Below are positions 1 to 11,075 of a stretch of DNA of 64,000 bases, in pieces; the first letter of the stretch is position 1; each line of letters starts with the position of its first letter. The stretch comes from Callorhinchus milii. Taxonomy: Eukaryota. Below the pieces are notes generated by a model. The model was not told where the DNA came from and searched no databases. It saw only the letters and a program-made list of their open reading frames with translations. The stretch lies in the NCBI RefSeq assembly GCF_018977255.1, contig NW_024704742.1, positions 29,700,001 to 29,764,000 on the forward strand. The letters run 5' to 3'. The position numbers and the translations under genes were made by a program.

Positions 1-474
1 TCTGTCTCCCAGCTAGATCTGTATCTATGCTGCCACTGTCCTTTCAATATCGTAGGCTTCTATTTTGCTTATAAGTCTCTTATGTGGCACTTTATCAAAC
101 GCCTTTTGAAAATCCATATAAACTACATCAACTGCACTACCTTCATCCACCCTCTCCGTTACGTCATCAAAAAACTCCATCAGGTTTGTAAGACATGATT
201 TGCCTTCAACAAATCCGTGTTGGCTGTCCTTTATTAACCCATATTTTCTAAGTGAAAATTTATTTTGTCCCGGATTATAGCCTCCAGAAGTTTCCCCACT
301 ACTGACGTTAGGCTGACTGGCCTGTAGTTCCCGGGTTTATTCTTCTGCCCCCTTTGGTACAGGGGAGTAACATTTGCGACCCTCCAGTCCTCTGGCACCA
401 CCCCAGTGTCCAAAGAGGATTGAAAGATTGTGGCCAGAGCCTCCATTATTTCCACCCTTACTTCCCTCAGTAAC
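1..474 (-). mobile_element. CR1 LINE ORF2 (reverse transcriptase region) fragment, disrupted
   Basis: Translation VPEDWRVANVTPLY..PGNYRPVSLTSVVGKLLE, then after a frameshift SQHGFVEGKSCLTNLMEFFD..VDVVYMDFQKAFDKVPH; typical CR1 RT. Contains stops. Confidence 0.93.
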
Positions 475-642
475 AACAACAACAAAATGAAATTTTGTTT
501 CAGCGTGTTTCACGTCAGGAGGACGTCCCAAGGCACTGGACAGACAAGAGTTTTGGACCCGAGCTGGGGTTGGGATCGGGGAGGGTGGAAAGCAGAGAGG
601 GAAACAGGGTGATCGAAGGCACAGTCGAAAAGGAGGGTCTTG
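471..642 (-). mobile_element. 5'-truncated L2 LINE 3' end inserted into the CR1
   Basis: (AAC)n tail plus ttcacgtcaggaggacgtcccaaggcactgg..., matching the other L2 3' ends here (18305-18717, 50195-50425, 52920-53255). Confidence 0.8.
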
Positions 643-693
643 ATACAAAACAGTTGATTGGTCCTTACACCTTTTGTAACCTTTCATAACCTG

Positions 694-832
694 GTAACCT
701 AGGATGCATCCCGTCCAGACCGGGTGATTTATCTACCTTGAGCAACAACAACTTTTTTAATACCTCCTTATCTTATCCAATTTCTCTACCCTTTCCTCGG
801 ATACTGTGGCATTGGCTGCATCCTCTTCTTTT
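694..832 (-). mobile_element. Continuation of the same CR1 copy beyond the L2 insertion
   Basis: gtaacctaggatgcatcccgtccagaccgggtgatttatc joins directly to ...cttccctcagtaac at 474 (KSPGLDGMHPRLL motif on the minus strand). Confidence 0.85.
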
Positions 833-844
833 ATACCCCAGATA

Positions 845-1018
845 AAACTGGTCATTCACTTCATGGCTGTTTATGGGACATTGCTGAGCCCAAATTGGCT
901 GCCATACTTATCCACAAAACAGACAGTCACTGCACTTTACAGTATATCCTGTTAAGCTCTTTGGGACGTCCTCCAGACATGAAAGGTGTTATATTCAAAT
1001 GGAAGGATTATTATTATA
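845..1018 (+). mobile_element. Deu-type SINE 3' fragment with L2-like tail
   Basis: gctgtttatgggacattgctgagcccaaattggctgcc...ctttgggacgtcctcc...aaggattattatta, same as the SINE 3' halves elsewhere in the window. Confidence 0.8.
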
Positions 1019-2111
1019 TAGAAGATAATAATAACTGCATTTGAAAACTAGGTAAAGAAAAATAGAGCAACTTAATATATTCAAATTTCAATCAGTTATT
1101 ATTTGGAAGGGGTCACTGTGGAAGGATCAAAATTATAGAACAGTTTTTCTAAACATATGAAATACCGGGTCGATTTAAAGAACCAGATTTAAATGTGTTC
1201 TGCAGTTAAAGCCCCCTTTCCCCATCTCAATAAGGTTGATAGTGCCACCAACTTGATTCGTGCTTGGTAGAGATGATGTTGAAGCTTTGTAAAATAGGTT
1301 TCCTGAGTCTATTCAGGGAATAATAGCTGAGCTTAATCTAAGTTAGGTTAATATCTCTTGAATTAGTCTGGAGAGGCCACATATGACAACTCGGCCTCCG
1401 GAAATATTCAGGCACTAGTATGTGTTCNTTTTTTCAAATAAACAAAACAGTTGATTGGTCCTTGCATCTTTTGAGTTATAGCAGGGTGAGTGAAAGACGG
1501 ACAGAACGCACAGACTAACAGTCATGTCAAGGATGAACATAGTAGTCTGCCGTGAAGTTTAGCACTCAACCTCGCACTAACAGGGAATTGAGGTCAAGAG
1601 GGGACACTTCAGCACTTGGTGGAAGGCCAGTTTTCTCTTGACTCCATTAATTTGTCCAAACTACCCCAGGAGGCTCCTGAGTACAACTGTTACCCAAGAC
1701 AGAGATCCAAATTATAGTCCCTAATCCAATGATTTGCAGCTCCAGTGTTGGTCCTAAGTTCCAGAGGACACTGATTACGCTGGGTACAAATCCACAGGCA
1801 GTAGCTGTCTTTCTATTATAATACTGGGAAACTGATATTAAAGAAAAACATACCATTAAGTTTGATATAGGTCCTAAAATTTAGAAAATAGGATCACTGA
1901 CCTCATAGTAAAAACAAAATGGCATTGCTCAGAGCCTGAGTACAGGAAGCCACTAACCTGCACACTTGCAACACCTGCTGGTGTTTCTAACAAAAAATAG
2001 GAACACATTTTGGAATAACACAAATTTTACCCTATAACGTGAAAGGAACCGAGTGCAAATGAACCTGTGCAGCTGATCATTCCACCTGATACACATTGTG
2101 GTAAAGTTCAG

Positions 2112-2461
2112 GGTGTTCACAAAGTCCTGTTACACCCTTATTTTTTTCTTTCAATGAATTTTTATTTTCTGTTGCAGATGAGTCGAGTGTAACAATGTCT
2201 GATACCAGTAACTTCCTCGTCACTCCATCCATGTTACGCAAGATGTCAGACCGAACATGACAATGGATCATTATCTGCCATGAAAATGATGGTGCTCACA
2301 CCCATACTCTGGACATCTAAACACAGTTAAACACTTGTACTGAGTACAAGTAAGTACTTCTAAATACATTTGTTATGTATTTAGAATTTATTCCACGTGT
2401 TACAGTTGTTGGTCAGTGAACTGTAGAAAAAACGTGGGGGTAACAGGACTTTGTGAACACC
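2112..2461. mobile_element. Putative MITE / non-autonomous DNA transposon remnant with 22-bp perfect inverted termini
   Basis: ggtgttcacaaagtcctgttac (2112-2133) is the exact reverse complement of 2440-2461. Several TGTAAC/GTTAC motifs lie inside and just beyond. No clear TSD. Confidence 0.5.
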
Positions 2462-3098
2462 TGGTAACTGTAACACCAGTGTGTATAAAACCATGCTTTA
2501 GTCCTTTGTAACTGAAACTCTGTTGAGAAAACAGTAACAAGCCCTTGTACATGGACAAATTAAGTTATATTCGCTGGGCAAATAATGGAACACACACTGT
2601 GATCCAAGATGGGATTATCGCTGTAGCAAAATAAAATAGAAAATGTTCACGAGACAGGAGCAAAATGCCAGCAAGTCAGATATCAAACTGTGAGACCAAG
2701 TACTATGGTGGACCGTTTATGAAACACTAGTCCCCAGTTACACTTCTTGATCTGTCAGAGTTTGCAAAGGAAATCTATTTTAGCACAGTTATTTGTTGGA
2801 ATATAAAGTGTTCAAAGTGCCCTATCAAAGCCAAGCCTCAAGCCAGGCCTTAACCAACTTTCCTTGAATCTAATCAATGCATCTTGAACAAAAAACACAT
2901 GGACCACTTATTACAAGACCAACTAAAACACAAGGCAAGTCAAAAAGATTAAACGTACGCACAAACAGAGATAAAACTAACGCTTTGGGGACTTCAAAGA
3001 AGTGAAATAAGCAAGAATCCTCTAATATAAAAGCAAGAGGAACAAAACTAAACACCAATCTTGGCAGCATTGAAAATCAATATGCTCTTCTCACTTAC

Positions 3099-4616
3099 CG
3101 GACCATGGCTTGGCAGTGTTCCATAAGGTATTGTCTGGGGCAGTAGTCCTTTCTGCTTCATTAACAGCAGGCGCTTCTGTTCCTCACTAATATGAGGAGC
3201 CTGAGGTTGAATATGTGGCTGCTGTTGCTGCAAGTAGGGCATCATAGGAGTTTTGTTCTGACTAACCATCGGCGGGGTCATTCTCTGGCCCACAGGCTCA
3301 ATATTATAATGAGACAGTGGTTTAGTGTTAGCATACGAAAGCATGGCCTGTTTGTTCACAGAGTTCTGCCCCATGCTATTTGGCTGTTGATTCATCATGC
3401 TCATGTGGTTTTGTGAGAGGTAGTTATTCATGGCCTTCTGAGGGTTGCTTGTCATAGTAGGCACCATAGGCTTTTGGTTATTAAAGGCCTGTGGGTACAT
3501 CATTGGGCTATTTGGTTTGTCTGGATTAAAGGGTCCTCCAAAGGGACTGTGTGGTGGAGCTGCGGGTGACCAGCTCGGTGTCTGATTCTGCTGGTGCTGT
3601 TGCTGAGTGTGTTGGTGCTTTTGCTGCAGCAACATAGCTCTTTGCTGCTGCTGCACTGCCATTTGCTTTAACTGTTCAGCTCGAGACAGATCAGAACCGG
3701 ATGGCGGCAGAGGTCCTGGACCAGATCCCGGTACAGGTCCCGGTCCTGGCCCCTGGCCTGACCCTGACCCAGAAGATGTCGTCATCAGAAAGCCACTTCC
3801 AGGTCTTGCGTGTGCTGGGGTTTGATTGGGGGTTTGCTGCTGGGATTGGCTTGCAGAGGTCACTGGTGAGGTGGCCGGAGCAGAAAGTGATGAAATGCTT
3901 GATACAGACGAGACGTTAGAGACCGTAGAGACGTTGGAAAAGGGAGGACCTGAAGAAGATGGTCTCACCTGAGGAGATCCCATCGACATCTGGTTAAAAG
4001 GAGATGGACACATCTCAGACTTTATATTTGTGTTATCTTGTGGCACTGGGGTTTGTGCAGTGGGTCTGATAACCTCAATCTCTTTCTTTTCATCGAAATC
4101 TTCATTGAACAGATCGTGCATGTCATCTTCTGGGACTGTGCTCGTCAGTTCATCAATTAACTCTTGCCACTCCTGTTCGTTGAGATTAATGTCCGAGAAC
4201 AGTTTATTCTGATGGACAAGGGAAGCGTCCGATGAGTCCATACCCGTTGGGTCATCCAGCGGCTCTTGCTTAAGATCCTTGGTTAAAATCAGGTTAAAGT
4301 CATCATCATCTCTGGTGCCATTGACCTGTAGGTTCACTCTGGGATGTCGACCTTCTTTGTTTAGGTCGTCCATTCCCGTTGAATTATTTCCACTGGTCGG
4401 TCTGGGAAAAGTTGGTTTAATGTCAATTTGATGCAGAGGAGAGACTGAAGGTATGGGGATGTTATTGGGCAGACTGTTGCTCTGCTCTATCCCAGGTCCC
4501 TCTTTTCGGACTCTCTTACTGGTCGGAGAGAAGCTGCTGTCAGAAACTCCATTTTGCAGGTCTCCATTCAGTGGTGAACGGGCTCCTTCAAGTTTCCGCT
4601 TAACAGTTTCTTGAAG
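3099..4616 (-). CDS. MAML3: Mastermind-like protein 3, large internal coding exon (exon 2 equivalent), 506 codons, phase 0 at both ends
   Basis: Minus strand reads ttctctttattttcctcccaaAG|CTTCAAGAAACTGTTAAGCGG = LQETVKRKLEGARSPLNGD, the start of MAML3 exon 2. It runs in frame into ORF 3048..4373 (KQEPLDD, LFSDINLNEQEWQELIDELT, AEQLKQMA, SPMMYPQAFN, NTKPLSHY, EEQKRLLLMKQKG) and ends SHGP at donor CCG|GTAAGT (3099/3098). Motifs fit MAML3 better than MAML1/2 (recalled sequences). Confidence 0.95.
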
Positions 4617-6729
4617 CTTTGGGAGGAAAATAAAGAGAATTGATTAATGAACGATTGCACGTTTGACTCCACTTGACAGAAATGTTAACTCTCTTCAGTG
4701 TAAACTTGTGACCAGCAAAGTACAGTCAAACTGCATATCTGTAGATTCTTGGAGACCATAAAGCCATTCTCATTTCATTGAGTATATCAGAGGTTCTGCC
4801 AGGAGCAAATCAAAGGTGTCTAATACCTGTCTGTTACTATTAGGTTTGGCTGTATAAATTGGGGTTCAGTGTTTCAACCAAAGAATAATGCTTGACGCAA
4901 ACTGCTCCTCTTGTGTTTCAATTAATTCAGCATTTTAACAATTACGGTTAAATATATGGGTAAAATTCCATTGAGTGTTACATCCTTATAAAGGGAAATC
5001 CCATTAGAGGCTGACATCAGGTGAATCTTTACCATGTAGTCTTTTAATCTGCAGTTAGATCTACATCTTTCTTTTCAATGTAAAACTGTTTTGTGGCATT
5101 TCTTCTTATTAATAATTATCCCAGATCTCCTTGAAGTGGAACCGGGCTCCAATACCCTTCTCAATGGTTGTGCCAAATAACCAAAGTAGTTTTCTGGCAT
5201 TGCACTGCTGGCTGGAGGGATATTGCCTTGACTATCATTTCTCTCCTTAGTTAAGCCTGTATCCCACTAACCCAGACCAAAGTCCAATGGCTTCTCACCA
5301 TAATCATTGAGATGGTTTTGGGTGTCATGGGGCAAAGGGTTCAGTGGACCTTTGATGTTAATTATCAACTGGTCGCTAAATTAATGCATATGTTATTTAG
5401 CACTCAATTAGCTGTTAATTAACACACTACAACATGGCAATTTTCACCCCATTGATTCTAATTGCAATATTCCTTGTTTTGATATTTTGGAGTGATTATA
5501 TTTATTACTATATCTGTACAATTTCTCCTTATGCGCTCCATTTAATTCAGTGCAGATCAAATCGGTAATCATCTGGTCAGCACACTTGCCTGTTATACAG
5601 GGCCTTTACACACTTGTGGTTGACTTTACCCACTTGTCCATTGATGGAGCCATTGAACTGCTATTTGGAAGGCCTCACGCAAAAAATTGTTGAGCAATAG
5701 TGGCATCGGTGGGATAACTCCATTGCACAATGACGGAATGTCTTGGGACGCCCATTAATTGTATGTTAGTGATATCTCAAGATCAAGTTAGATTCAGATG
5801 AAGAAGGTATTTGATCTCATCCTTCAAGAATATCCACCCTGCTGTCTCCCCTTTAATATGTCATGTGGGTAGTGGTAGCTGTAGGAGTGTGTGGGGGGTG
5901 GGTGTGTGTGCAGGGAGTCTCGAAGCTTCACAACAGAAGCAACCACCCACTTCCCCTCATAGGCTTCAATACAGAACTGGGGGGGGAGGGGGAAGAAGGG
6001 CCCAAACTGCATACGCTCAGTGGGGAAAGAAACAACCATAAGTTTTATCAAAGTACTGGACAATTAGTCCTTATGAACCTTTCACAAGGAAATGGCAGAA
6101 CAGTACACACTGGTGACTTTATTCTAGGGGTTCGATTCATGTGTAATTTACGTGGGGATAAAGTCTGGAATGAAAACAGGGCTTTGCTCCAGAGTGACTG
6201 ACAGCTCAGGTCCAAACAGCGGCTTTTTTTTCTGAAGGAGAACAAAAGCAGGCGACTGGTTTTTAAAAAAAATCACTTTTATGATTTCTGTCATGAAAAT
6301 TCCATTAACTAGCCCAGGGTTCACTGGAATCAGATACTGCATCTGGGTTTCTCCAGGACTAAAACAGCATTATTCACAAGCGCTGAATAATGAAAGCTCT
6401 CCAGGGGGTTTGTACATTTCTGTCATAAGCAGTGGTGAGCTCCTGCAGACCTCGCGGCTGCCTTGCACGCGGACAGTCAGTTGTCATTGTCCTCAAACTG
6501 AGTCCAACCCACTCCGCACCATGTGTGTGTCGCTCTTTGCTTCTGCCACAAACCTGTGGCGAAAGCGGGGCACATAAAGCGACCACTGCCCTCGAAGAAG
6601 AAAATCGACTGCACTGCTATTCCTCTCCCAAAGTGTCCCTCCGCTTCTCCCCCTGCCTCGGACAATCAACAGTGATGCCCCACGTGCTGTGTCTCTACCC
6701 GAACAAAGATAAAATATTCGCCAGACGCT

Positions 6730-7109
6730 TATAATAATAATACTTGCATTTGATATAGCAACTTATCACGTTTTCAAGACGTCTCAAAGTGCTTCACAGA
6801 ATCTATTGTAAAGTGAATTCACTGTATATTTTGTGGGCGAAACGTGGCATTAGCCAATTGCGCACAGCAGTGTTTCACAAAGAGTCGGGGATTGAAGTGA
6901 CCAATATATTATTTTTTTTATTTTTTGAAGAAATTATTATACCCGGAAAAGCGCTCCGCCAATCGATTAACAACCAGGCTCCTACTTACTGCTAGGTAAG
7001 CAGAGGTGTGTGGATTAAGTAAACTTGCCCAACGTTTTGCCTGCCGGGAATCGAACCCAAGTCTCTGGCTTGCGAGTCGAGTGCTCTAACCACTGAGTTG
7101 CAGTACTCC
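6730..7109 (-). mobile_element. tRNA(Ala)-like SINE, long subfamily
   Basis: Minus strand: tRNA-like head (A box TCAGTGG, B box GGTTCGATTCC, TGC/CGC anticodon loop), CCTCTGCTTACCTAGCAGTAAGTAGG segment, Deu-type 3' part, (ATT)n tail. Confidence 0.85.
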
Positions 7110-8119
7110 ACTCTGATGAAGACGCTGCCTCCTTTTACAAACCAACTGCAAAACACACCTAACATTAAGGGAAGAAATAAAAATAATGTGGGAGAACTGT
7201 TTAGGAATTCCGTTGCCATCCTCTGCCCACATCCGAGGGAATGGGCTGGGAGCCCATTCCTGAGATGCAGCCTTATGAACCGATGCAGTGGATTATTCAC
7301 TAAGTAGTGACTAATTTTTCCTTTCCATCTAACCTTCCTCCGTTCGTCCATCTATGAAGATACCGACTCTTGGGGTGGCATATATACCCCTCCCTGGGCA
7401 CCCTCTGGTACTTCACCCTCAAGTGGCCATTGTTTACATTGTGATAATAATAATCCTCACACTTGGTAAAGCACCTTTCACGTCTAGAGGCCGACCCAAA
7501 TCACAGGATTTCCTGCACTGGTATGTCATCTTCGATTATGTGAGTCTAAATCCCAATGTGGCTTGTGACTCAGAAGCGTGAGCGCTACCAACTGAGCCAG
7601 GCTGACACACAAATGTGTGGAATCTAGGCAATGGGGTGGGGGGGGAGGCGGTGAAAAGCTCTTGTTGGGAACAGAAGTGTGAATATGATGCAGAACATGA
7701 AACACGCCTCTTTCAGGGAAACCCATGTTTGGCACTCTGACACCTCAACAACTCAGCTATGACTCAAGATCTCACAGTTTGGTAGGAGAAACACGGTATT
7801 TCCAGTTAGTGATGCATTTACACCTCAAAATGCTTTTTCCTGTGCTTGAGCTCATTGATGTGATCTTCTATGTGAGTTTGTTGATCCCACTGAGTGCTGG
7901 TATTCAAGTGTTGGAGTGAGGGGGCATCTCAGCTATCCCGCCCCCGCCCCCCCCCACCTTATTCACACAATTACTGAGCTCTGTATATCTTCAGAAAGAT
8001 CATTTCTCACCTCTCAAAAATAATCTGTTCTCAGCTAAAAACAATGCACCTGGGATTTTCAGCCAGGTTGGGTGGCCCCATCGTTCAGAGGGTCCCCACA
8101 TTCAAGAAAACATTTTTAT

Positions 8120-8480
8120 AATGACTTTGAAGCATTTTAGAGCAATTGTTTATCTTGGCAAATGCAGATAAACAGACAGCAGCCATTTTGCATACCACAA
8201 GCTGCCACCAACAGCCCACAATGTGAACAAAGGCTGAATTATCTGGAAAAATCTGGGGGAAACATTTTTTCAATAGTTTTATGGGATTGTCAATCCCCTC
8301 AACAGGTATCTGGGAGGTTGGTTTGAATGGTGTACCTGAGGGATGGCACCTCCGACAATGAGTGCTCCTGCACTGGAGGGTTAAAAATCCTGTGAGCTCA
8401 AAAACTCAGGAATTGATGGTCTCATACCCACAAGCATCTGAGCCAAGAGATGAGCGTGCTCCCAACTGAGCCAAGACGAC
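8120..8480 (-). mobile_element. Older SacSINE1/Deu-like SINE, degraded
   Basis: ggatggcacctccgacaatg...gtgctcccaactgagccaag is the reverse complement of the head and core seen at 45828-46244. Confidence 0.65.
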
Positions 8481-8989
8481 AACTGACGGGTGATAATTAT
8501 CTGGAACTCCTACCAAACATCACTTCATTCCCTCCCTGTTTTCAAAACACTTTTGCAAACCTACTTTTCAACCATGCCCTCAGTCACTGATTCCTATTTC
8601 CCTGCGTTCCCCCCCACATCACAACTTCCTCGAGTTCGCGCACTGACCTTAAAAAAGCAAGTGTGTTGAGATGTTAGCTTACATAAAAGGTGCTGCGCGA
8701 GTGCAAGTTGTTGTTGTTGTGTAGAGGGAATATCCATTGGCATGTGTTAGACCAACCCTCCCATTTCCCGGTTGTGTCTTTAAACCACACTGCATTTACA
8801 AACAACAATAGCCCTTACATTTGGTGTAGCGCCTTTTACATCGGGAGGATGTTCCAAAGTGCTTTACAGGATATATTGCAAAATACATTGACTGTGTGTT
8901 CTCCCCTTTCTAAAGGCAATCATTTCTTTGCCCCCTGCCCTCCTCTTCCTCCTCCTCCCAGCAAGAATTTCAGTGCTTTGTGGATACTT

Positions 8990-9540
8990 TTGTTTCCTAA
9001 AGCCTCACAGCATATTTTCTCGCAGTTGCGAGGAGAAAAGCAGTGAACAGCAGCGCTGCCCGAGCTGGACACGTGCTGTTGTGCCAGTCCTGGAGCCGCA
9101 ATAGCAACACAAAGGGGGCAGAGGTAGAGCAGAGCGCTGCACACGAGACCGCTCGTTCGCTCGCTCCCAGCCCGAATCTGCCAAACGGATGCACAAGCTG
9201 CTCTGCTCAGTGGCCCACCAATGTCGATCCACTTCTTCCCCAAAACAACAGAAAAAAAACACACCAAGGAGATGTTACTATAGCAACAGACTGAGCCCTG
9301 TGCACAGCACCTCCCCCCACCTCGCTGACTGCCACCATGACTTCAGAGGACAGCTATTCAAGCAATGCATAGGAAGTGACCGCTTTATATGCTGCAGTCT
9401 TTTTTTCCACCTCACTTTGCTTTTGCCTTTCTGCTGCTTCACGTTAACGAGGGAGATGATGGCTGCCCGTAGCCGATTTGCATTTAGTCCTCTTGCATTT
9501 TCGTAACTCCAAATGCAGTGTGTTTAAAGTAACATTGTAC
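8990..9540. promoter_or_regulatory. CpG-enriched non-repeat island, candidate intronic enhancer or promoter about 4.5 kb upstream of exon 2
   Basis: Local CpG density (cagcgctgcccgagc, gaccgctcgttcgctcgctc) against a CpG-poor background; no repeat similarity recognised. Confidence 0.35.
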
Positions 9541-10059
9541 AATCCTCCAACCCAGGCTTCCCAACACCCCTAATCTTCTCCACAGCTTTGTATTTTCATG
9601 ATATGCTCCTACAAGGAGTAAGCAGCTGATTCCTAATTCATCCCTGGCTTTGCTCCAGAAGGTGTCAGGGGCCCCAGTTTACAAGAAACATGGAAGATTT
9701 CTGCTATTTAGAAATGTTCAGCACAAACCCAGGCTGGGTCAAAAATCCCATACTTCACAACAATCATATGGGATGAGATAACAGACAGAAGGTGGTAAAT
9801 TCAAACACTCGGTCATCCATCCACACACACCTCCCCGACAAATGCGTGAAAAGCAAAATGTAAAAGGGTTTGGGGGAAAGGGAGTAAACGCTGAGCTCTC
9901 TGTCCCAGAGCCCGCACAGGCACAGTGGATGAGCTGAATGGCCTCCTCCTGTGCTGTACAATTTAAGAATTCTACACATTTCTTTTGTCTTTTAATATTT
10001 TTTTCTCTTTTCTCAGTTTATACATGGTTGCATGAGACACTGAGCACTTTTGCATATGT

Positions 10060-10560
10060 TCATGTATGCATGTGTGTGTGTATATATATGTCTCTCTCTC
10101 TTCCTCCCAGAGCTTCACTCTGTCTCTCTTTCTCTTCACTTTCTCTCGCTTCTCTCTCATTCTCTCTGTGTTTCTCATTCCATTTTGCTCTCTGTCTTTC
10201 TCGTTGTCTTTCTGTGTCTCTCTTTGTCTCAATCTGTCTTTCCCTCTCTCTTGTGTCTTTATATATGCCTTTCACTATCACTTTTTTTCTCCCTCTCTAT
10301 CACTCTCTTTCTCCCTCTCACTCTTTTTCCCTCTCCCTATCACGCTCTTTCTCCCCTTCTCTATCACTCACTTTCTCCATCTCCCTATCACTCTCCCTCT
10401 CCCTCTCCCTTTTTCTCCCTCTCCATCACTCTTTCTCCCTCTTCATCACTTTCTTTCTCCCTCATTATCACTCTCTTTTTCCCTCTCTATCACTGTCCCT
10501 CTCCCTCCATCACTGCCTTTCTTCCTCTCCCTCCCTTCAGCCCTTTCTCTCTTGCTCTCA
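10060..10560. repeat. TG then CT-rich low-complexity / degenerate microsatellite
   Basis: Pyrimidine-rich CTCT/ATCACTCT runs that give spurious S/L/F-rich ORFs. Confidence 0.9.
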
Positions 10561-10869
10561 CACCTTGAGTCAGAGGCAATGACCAAAAATATGACACCTC
10601 ACCCAAGTTACTGTTTTCACGTGTGAGACTGGACAATGATTGTCAGCAGACTCATGGATCCCAGGGGAGAATAGGGGGAATCACAGCCAATTGGTACCCT
10701 GGCCTCTACACATACATTCGTCTGGAAAGGGTTAATGAATATGATCAAGCCAAAATGAGGTTGATTTCTCACCCCCTTTAGCTCAGGGGAGCTGAGGCAA
10801 AATGTTGCAAAGACTGTCTTGGCAGAAACCAATCTACTCGGCATAGATCAACAATCAAACAAACCTGTG

Positions 10870-11075
10870 GCCTTCGATACGGCTTGAAATTCTTTTAAAC
10901 GAAAATTAGATAAGACTTCGTTTTTTTTTAAAAAAGAAGCATATTAAAGGGTGAATGTAGGGAGTGAGCAGGATAATGGGATTCAATCGGGTAGTTCTTG
11001 TGGAGGAAAATACTGGCATAGGCACGACCGGTCAAATGACCTGTTTCTGAGCCGTAACGTTGTGCAACTGTGATC
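10870..11075 (+). mobile_element. CR1 LINE 3' end fragment, degraded
   Basis: ttttaaacgaaaattagataag...ggtcaaatgacctgtttctgagccgtaa, similar to the CR1 3' UTR at 23080-23234. Confidence 0.6.

Noticed and set aside
3048..4373. ORF-track 441-aa ORF taken as a complete single-exon gene
   Set aside because: Homology extends 81 codons upstream of the Met to a splice acceptor, and the last 16 residues are intron read-through past the GTAAGT donor.
9938..10626. Long overlapping ORFs (214, 172, 186 aa)
   Set aside because: Produced by CT-rich low-complexity sequence lacking stop codons.
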